From Candidatus Moraniibacteriota bacterium (GTDB lineage: Bacteria > Patescibacteriota > Minisyncoccia > Moranbacterales > UBA1568), in assembly GCA_013334575.1 (NCBI GenBank), contig JAAXXG010000007.1:1-56280 (forward strand): a DNA stretch of 56,280 nucleotides, given 5' to 3'. This document shows, one piece after another, positions 50,605 to 56,280 of the stretch (its first letter is position 1; every line of letters begins with the position of its first letter). Position numbers and translations under genes: made by a program. The notes under the pieces are model-generated. The model searched no databases. It was not told the DNA's origin and saw only the letters and a program-made list of their open reading frames with translations.

Positions 50605-51107
50605 TCATACGGCCACTCCCGCACCCCCGAAACGCGGCGTGTCGTCCGACCCGTTTCCCGGCCCTTTCCACCGACCCGGCTCCTCTTCTTCTGATGGTGC
50701 CGAAGCCGCCTCCGTGTCCCTAAGAATCAGACGGGCTCTCGGAATCAGAAACGTCTTTCCGAACAGCGTCTCAAGGGAAGAGAGCGTCGTCCACAGCCGA
50801 TTCCAATCATCCTCACACGGCTCCCGTTTCCGCGATTTTTCCTCGATATCGGAGACCGCCTCGCACAATTGCGTCAACAACGGGTACATTCCGGAAAAAT
50901 CCGGCAATTTCCCGAAGACATATTCTCTCAACTGTCGTTCGATCTCTTTGCCATACCTCGAGACGACATCCCGTTCACCGGACACCTTTTCAGCAACGTG
51001 TCCCAGTCGGACGATCCGTCTCCCAGGAGATACTCGCCCTGCAACGCGAGATTGACGATATCGCGCAATACGAGCGTCACCATCTCGGGATTCCCCTGTT
51101 CTTCCAT
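50605..51107 (-). pseudogene. Probable frameshifted hypothetical gene
   Basis: 59-aa ORF 51107-50928 (MEEQGNPEMVTLVLRDIVNLALQGEYLL...) overlaps a second frame reading ...KVSGERDVVSRYGKEIERQLREYVFG...; junction at A4 run 50987-50990. Confidence 0.4.
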
Positions 51108-51389
51108 GGTAATGAACGGTCTGGTTCCCGCGGAAGCCCCGCGGTCGGCGTCTTTTCTTCTCCCTTCTTCCTACCTTCAAAAAGCCGGGAGTCAAGGAGC
51201 GCGAGCGGCGGCTCCGTGAGACGACCCGCCTCGGTTCCCCATCGGACCGGCGGGCATCGCGGTCACGAAGACGGTCAATCGGCAGCCATTCGACGTCGAC
51301 ATATCCGGACGGACCCTTGACGGATTTGAAAAACCGTCACAGACTTCCCCCGAAGTCCCCGCTCGTTAACACCTAAATGAAACCACGCT

Positions 51390-51959
51390 ATGTGCAGTAT
51401 CACTTCGTACGGTTCCACGTATTGCCGCGCGCTCGACCAACTCATCACCGACGCATTCGAGGCCTGTGGCTATTCGCTTGTAGCGGGTAATTCGGAGCCT
51501 GATCCGAACACGACCGGCTCCGGCGACAGGCTATCGCTCGCAAAAACGCTCGCTACAAGAAGAATCCCGAACACTCGTACCGACCGCGCCTGCATCTCGG
51601 TCGGACTCGCAGTGGTGCTTTCAATCAACTCGAAGCACTCGAATCCGCTCGGAAAAGCCGTAAGCAACCGGGAGCGGTCGATAATCCTGAAGCGGCTCAC
51701 CAAGAAGGATGAGCCTGTCATGCTCGCATTCGGCATCGCCATCCGTATCCCGACCGAAGGCGGGCTCCAATGTTCGCACGTACTACTCGGAGATGCCGAG
51801 ATAAAAATGACGATCGACCATGTCCCGAATCCGACCGCGACGGGCCCGCACGCATTCTGGACCGAGATCGGAAACGCGCTTCGCATCGCCGATCCGGACG
51901 GCGCCAAAGAGACGCTCATCAAGATCATCAGTCGGGCACTCCCGCAACGCGGCGTCTGA
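51390..51959 (+). CDS. Hypothetical protein
   Basis: 189 aa ORF followed by bidirectional terminator 51978-52023. Confidence 0.6.
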   Translation: MCSITSYGSTYCRALDQLITDAFEACGYSLVAGNSEPDPNTTGSGDRLSLAKTLATRRIPNTRTDRACISVGLAVVLSINSKHSNPLGKAVSNRERSIILKRLTKKDEPVMLAFGIAIRIPTEGGLQCSHVLLGDAEIKMTIDHVPNPTATGPHAFWTEIGNALRIADPDGAKETLIKIISRALPQRGV

Positions 51960-52033
51960 ATCTTCGCACGAACTGACAAAAGAACGCCCTGTTCCTCATA
52001 CCGAGGTTCAGGGCGTTATTTTTGAAAACGGCC

Positions 52034-52285
52034 TTATCCGACCGACTCGAACCAGCAAGACGAAACTTCGAACTCCGCCGCCGACTGATCGTCGCAACGG
52101 ACGATCGTCAGCACGTCGAATGCTCCGCGCTCGGATGCCGAAAGAGACGACCGGTGATTGACGTTCACGACGAGAAACGGCCCGTCACCGCCGCAATATG
52201 CGCGCACCATATCATGATCGTATGCGCACAGCCCCCTTTTCAGGACGACCCTCATTCCCTCCGAAAACATGCCGTCAGATATCAC
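52034..52285 (-). CDS. Small hypothetical protein
   Basis: 83 aa, SD AAAGGAGG. Confidence 0.55.
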   Translation of the reverse strand: MISDGMFSEGMRVVLKRGLCAYDHDMVRAYCGGDGPFLVVNVNHRSSLSASERGAFDVLTIVRCDDQSAAEFEVSSCWFESVG

Positions 52286-52414
52286 CGTTTCCTCCTTTTT
52301 CGTTCTTCCGTTTTCGATACGGACGAGCAGCCGCTATCGCAGCCGCCCTGTTGGTAAAGACACCATGCCATATAATCACCCCGAACGACGCCGGTCAACG
52401 GTCGATCATGATTG

Positions 52415-52442
52415 TTGACAAGATATGAAAAAACAGTATAAT
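52415..52442 (+). promoter_or_regulatory. Consensus sigma70 promoter
   Basis: TTGACA-16 nt-TATAAT. Confidence 0.75.
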
Positions 52443-52500
52443 ATACAAAGGTTTTTTAACGAACTCTCTATCCGACAACACCAACCCGACTGGAGGAAAC

Positions 52501-53202
52501 ATGATTCCTGATCAAAATCGCCCGAAAATAATCATCACCGGAAAAACAAGGACCACTCCGGTACTCGACCAACTCGCCTCGCGACTGTCGGGCTTGTTCC
52601 AGGTCGAAATAAGACCGTTCGACTGTCTGGTTCCGAAGTGTTTCTCAAAGTCGAGAACGCCAGGAGCGAAAGCGGTTTCCATTGCCCATTACCTGACATC
52701 GACGGTCGAGGTGCCCGACGACACAGCCTTCATTCTTGGCATCGGATTCACGGCCGAAAAACTCCAGTGGAACGATCAGAAGACGGGAGAGGAGCTGCTC
52801 TGCCCGGATACGAAAATACATCTCGATGAAATGATAACCAAGCTTTCCGGGTACGACTATCTTCTGAATGTCGGATGCTCCCTGCTTACGACAAGAACGT
52901 CGGTCACGAACGGATTCATCGTAGAGGAAAATCTCTGCGTCCGATCCTTATCAAAAGAGGAGAGGAACGAATTCGTAGAGAGTATCCCGAAAGCGCGGCT
53001 CGGCAAGGTCGGACCGGTGTTCCCTTTCCGGGAAACCGACGAATGGACGCGGCTTCTCACGGAACCGGAACCCGACATCGAAATCATCACTGATCGGATT
53101 CTCCGTCAACTTTCCGAACATTTCAAGAAAGAGGAAAACCCTCTCGGAGAAAGGCTCCTCAAAACGCTTGTTCCCACGGACGAATCGAAGCTGTCCGCAT
53201 AG
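52501..53202 (+). CDS. Degenerate Maf/ITPase-fold-like protein
   Basis: SD GGAGG; EMITKLSG..LNVGCSL and RSLSKEERNEFV resemble Maf, but catalytic motifs are missing. Confidence 0.55.
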   Translation: MIPDQNRPKIIITGKTRTTPVLDQLASRLSGLFQVEIRPFDCLVPKCFSKSRTPGAKAVSIAHYLTSTVEVPDDTAFILGIGFTAEKLQWNDQKTGEELLCPDTKIHLDEMITKLSGYDYLLNVGCSLLTTRTSVTNGFIVEENLCVRSLSKEERNEFVESIPKARLGKVGPVFPFRETDEWTRLLTEPEPDIEIITDRILRQLSEHFKKEENPLGERLLKTLVPTDESKLSA

Positions 53203-53443
53203 CGTGCGATTGTCACTCAAATCAAAAGGCCGCCCATCCAAGGTGGCCTTTTACATATCATCTCTGAACGCGTACCGAAATCACCGAATGAACCAGAAAC
53301 ATTGCGCTTCCTAATTCCTCTCCTCGCGAGCAAAATCCGAAATTGAAATACGTTTCCAAGGAAACACAACGGGACACGGAAATCACCTCCACCTTATGCC
53401 GTATTCCAGTCCTTACCGATAATCCGGAGTAAGACTCTGCGCC

Positions 53444-53487
53444 AAAAAAAAAAAACGGTGTGCGCATCAGCCGACACGCACACCGTC
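53444..53487 (-). terminator. Intrinsic terminator with T12 tail
   Basis: ACGGTGTGCG...CGCACACCGT followed by a T run. Confidence 0.8.
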
Positions 53488-53517
53488 CCAGCCCTAACAG
53501 ACAGACCTTCCCGCCGG

Positions 53518-54267
53518 TCACCGCGAAACGAGTCCGAACATGGCCTTGAGATACCGGAAGCCGTCTTCCGGCTTTTTCACCCTGTATTCCGCATCCAGAC
53601 TGAGCCCCGAATAACTCCGCAGCAACTTCCTCGCCTCCGCCTCGCTTTCGACATCGGCACCGAGACCGCCCGCGACACCGAAACCGAGACCGGGATAGCA
53701 ATCACGAACCTTCCACAGGAAATCGTGCGCCATCTTCGGATTGAACGGCGTTCCGGTCCCTCCGCTCGGGTCGAGCAGCACGGCGTCGATGAACGGCTCG
53801 TAGTCGCGGAGTTTCCCTGCCACACGTTCCATGAGGCCGCCGAAATTCCCGAGGTCGGACAATGCCTGCCTCCCGATCTGGAGCACGAGATGTTTCTCCG
53901 GATGGCGCTCCCGGAACTTCTCGAGTTCATCAAGAGGCGGCCAGGGAATATTGAGCTGAAAACCGTCGGGTCCCGGACTCTGCCCGGATTTCACGATGAG
54001 CGCCTGCAAGTCGTTGTTCAGCGATTCCGGCCTGCTCGTCCCATAGTGGATGAGAACGAACAACCGCGGATCCCGGACGCAAAGATTCTTGACCGCTCCC
54101 CATAACCTCGCATCCCCGTCGAATACGGTGGGCCCCATCGGCAAGCCGACCATGAGCCGATACCGCGACGTTTCCGGTACCAGCTCAAGCGCCCTTCGGA
54201 CGAGTTCCGGCGTCCAGCTCGCGCTCGTCCACCCGATATACGGCCCTTCCTTCTTCCCTGTCGTCAT
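53518..54267 (-). CDS. TrpF/PRAI-like TIM-barrel protein of unknown function
   Basis: SD GGGAGGGGG; FQLN, LVLQ, VLLDPSGGTGTPF, GVAGGLG, SLDAE. Confidence 0.65.
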   Translation of the reverse strand: MTTGKKEGPYIGWTSASWTPELVRRALELVPETSRYRLMVGLPMGPTVFDGDARLWGAVKNLCVRDPRLFVLIHYGTSRPESLNNDLQALIVKSGQSPGPDGFQLNIPWPPLDELEKFRERHPEKHLVLQIGRQALSDLGNFGGLMERVAGKLRDYEPFIDAVLLDPSGGTGTPFNPKMAHDFLWKVRDCYPGLGFGVAGGLGADVESEAEARKLLRSYSGLSLDAEYRVKKPEDGFRYLKAMFGLVSR

Positions 54268-54434
54268 GACCCCCTCCCTTCCGATTATGATGATGTTATC
54301 GAACAGAACCGCCCACCATGGACAGCCCGTCATAGTCACTCATGCCGAAAGAAAAAGCAAGCCCGACAGAATGGAATCGATGCTTCCGGATAAAAAACGC
54401 GAACCGATTCTGGCGTCGATTATCCGCACGCAAT

Positions 54435-54548
54435 GAACGAAGCCGCCCAACCGGACGGCTTCTTTTTTTTGTCCGCATCGGAAGCGCGTGCTCCCATTTC
54501 CGAAATCCGATTTCACCGTATTCCCCCTCTCCCTCCGGGAGAGGGCTG
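54435..54548. repeat. 114-bp direct repeat copy 1 (terminator plus REP-like hairpin)
   Basis: Identical to 56167-56280. Confidence 0.95.
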
Positions 54549-54773
54549 GGGTGAGGGAGTGGCGACCTGCGACAGGAATCATGAGGCTTGAAAAGGTACC
54601 GGATCTCTCTTCGTCGAACGGGCATGGAAAAACCGACAGATCAGTCGTTTCTCGTCCGTCGAGGCGTCTCCGAAAAAATACACTCCTTTCGATTCCGGCC
54701 CGGCACCACCATATTACGTAATATGGTAGGAAACCTGGACCGGACCGAAAAACAGATCCAAACGGAAAGCCGT

Positions 54774-54800
54774 AGATTCCGGATCAAGTCCGGAATGACA
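54774..54800. repeat. REP-like palindrome ATTCCGGATCAAGTCCGGAATGACA
   Basis: Stem ATTCCGGA/TCCGGAAT ending in GACA, a widespread intergenic palindrome type. Confidence 0.65.
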
Positions 54801-54980
54801 GGGGTAAAAACATTCATAGAAAAAAATACTGCGGGCCGGACGCGGCTGAGCGGATTTCTGTACATCCGCTTCTTATTTCCTCCGCAAGGCGAACATGAAA
54901 CGGTTTTGACATCGGAGCAACTACCTGTTCTCGTAGGCAACCCCGATCGAGGAAACCTGCCAATGCCTCGACAATTTTGT

Positions 54981-55009
54981 TTGACAAAAAGTCATTAAAA
55001 TTCTATAAT
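54981..55009 (+). promoter_or_regulatory. Consensus sigma70 promoter
   Basis: TTGACA-17 nt-TATAAT. Confidence 0.8.
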
Positions 55010-55059
55010 TTTCCGAACGTTTTTTCACATATTTTTTAACCGACAAACCGGGAGCATCC

Positions 55060-56151
55060 ATGCCTACGACAGAAACCGGGACATCCCTGTCCCAAATCAG
55101 GGAACGCCTCGCAGTCGCACTCGAGGGAATCAAAAAAATGCCGATAACCCCGCAGATCGCGGGATGGGCCGGCGTCGGCGTGCCCCATTATTTTGGCGGC
55201 CAAGAACTGAAAAGAATCGCGGAAGGAGAGCGTGGCTACACCGAGGGACGGAGCTATCTTTCCAACCGGATCGCCGCCTATCGCGAGAAATCCGAGACAT
55301 TACTCCGCTCATTGGGAATACCGGCTGCCGTTCAGGCACAGGCCGTCGTATTGCCACAGTCGACCATGACCGAATTCCTTGAAGAAAGCGGGAGGATACT
55401 GATCGAGACGAAGGAGGAGGATAGAGGCCGGGTAAACATCTCGGCACACCTCTATTCCGACGCCAAGTTCAAATACACCAATCTTTCAGGAAAGGCGGTA
55501 GATGTCATCACGATAGTCTTTGCACTGTCCATCATATTCACCGTAGGATACGCGCTCTTCGTGACCAACGCGCCGAAGACGCCTCTCGGATGGGTCAGCG
55601 GGGCGCTCCTCTTCCTTGTAAGAGCTGTCGTGTCGATCGGAAGCGGAATCGGCGTTTTGTATCTTGCGGACTGGGCTCTCGGAACCAGGCCTGCACAAGC
55701 TCTGATGAACAACTTCGTCGACTGGCTTGCCACCCTGTGGATCAAGCGATTCGTCAGGAAAAGAGACAGGAGCGAGATACTGAAACAATTATTACGACCC
55801 GCATCTTCCGGAAAGAACTACGGCACGGCCGAGCTCGTATTCGCGCCGCATCCGGACGAACTCGAACGGACGATCGGGATGATTCCGGAAATCCGTGTCG
55901 CGGCGAAACCTGAATCCGTCGGCATCATTCCGCTTAATGGAGACATAAGCGAAATCGATATCAAACATCGTCGCCCCGACCTCATGAAGCTGGTAACGGA
56001 CTCGCCCAAACTCCTGTTCTACGTGAACACGCGCGACGGCAGAAGAAACCCTTATTGCATCCTCCTCGGCAGCGTCGGCACGCTTTCGAACACGGATCTC
56101 GACGCGCTTGATCGCGTTCTCCGACCCGAAAAGCTTGTGGAGAAAATCTGA
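55060..56151 (+). CDS. Hypothetical membrane protein (two central TM segments)
   Basis: 363 aa, SD GGGAG, own promoter and terminator. Confidence 0.75.
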   Translation: MPTTETGTSLSQIRERLAVALEGIKKMPITPQIAGWAGVGVPHYFGGQELKRIAEGERGYTEGRSYLSNRIAAYREKSETLLRSLGIPAAVQAQAVVLPQSTMTEFLEESGRILIETKEEDRGRVNISAHLYSDAKFKYTNLSGKAVDVITIVFALSIIFTVGYALFVTNAPKTPLGWVSGALLFLVRAVVSIGSGIGVLYLADWALGTRPAQALMNNFVDWLATLWIKRFVRKRDRSEILKQLLRPASSGKNYGTAELVFAPHPDELERTIGMIPEIRVAAKPESVGIIPLNGDISEIDIKHRRPDLMKLVTDSPKLLFYVNTRDGRRNPYCILLGSVGTLSNTDLDALDRVLRPEKLVEKI

Positions 56152-56166
56152 TTCCATCAACAAAAC

Positions 56167-56280
56167 GAACGAAGCCGCCCAACCGGACGGCTTCTTTTTT
56201 TTGTCCGCATCGGAAGCGCGTGCTCCCATTTCCGAAATCCGATTTCACCGTATTCCCCCTCTCCCTCCGGGAGAGGGCTG
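56167..56280. repeat. Direct repeat copy 2 (runs off window end)
   Basis: Identical to 54435-54548. Confidence 0.95.

Noticed and set aside
53444..53455. A12 homopolymer as a phase-variation tract in ORF 53258-53701
   Set aside because: It is the U-tail of a clear terminator; the ORF overlaps a real gene and looks spurious.
54435..56280. CRISPR array, IS ends or prophage att sites
   Set aside because: Only two long copies, no spacers, and no cas, transposase or integrase gene in the window.

Overview
Bacterial chromosomal window with the hallmarks of a Patescibacteria/CPR (Parcubacteria-like) genome: no rpmD (uL30) between rpsE and rplO, extended r-proteins, and SD-less core genes. The taxonomy is inferred. 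Standard code 11. Core content: the str-S10-spc superoperon (rpsL to map, then yqgF), rpmB, tRNA-Pro(GGG), ndk, split comEC, nrdR, ftsZ/ftsA, dgkA-ybeY-yqeY-rpsU-hinT-hisS-lepB, LCP, pth, efp-rpsR-ssb-rpsF, a lytic transglycosylase, recA, rodZ-like, ftsK, manC and the start of a large surface protein. Three accessory patches lie at about 22.5-28.3 kb, 35.0-35.7 kb and 50.6-56.3 kb. They hold an [FeFe]-hydrogenase coupled to an ECF S-component-like gene, a plastid/chlamydia-type G3P acyltransferase, a nonsense-interrupted L,D-transpeptidase, a degenerate Maf-fold protein, a TrpF-like barrel and a 114-bp direct repeat. The most notable signals are regulatory. (i) Core genes start in an SD-less T-ATG context, while rpsU alone among the r-protein genes has an 11-nt SD, suggesting bS21 autoregulation. 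(ii) Most orphan genes have strong SDs, and many share a boxA-like leader motif. (iii) Structured leaders ending in U-tracts lie before rplC, fusA and rpsF. All assignments were made by eye from motifs and synteny; no searches were run.
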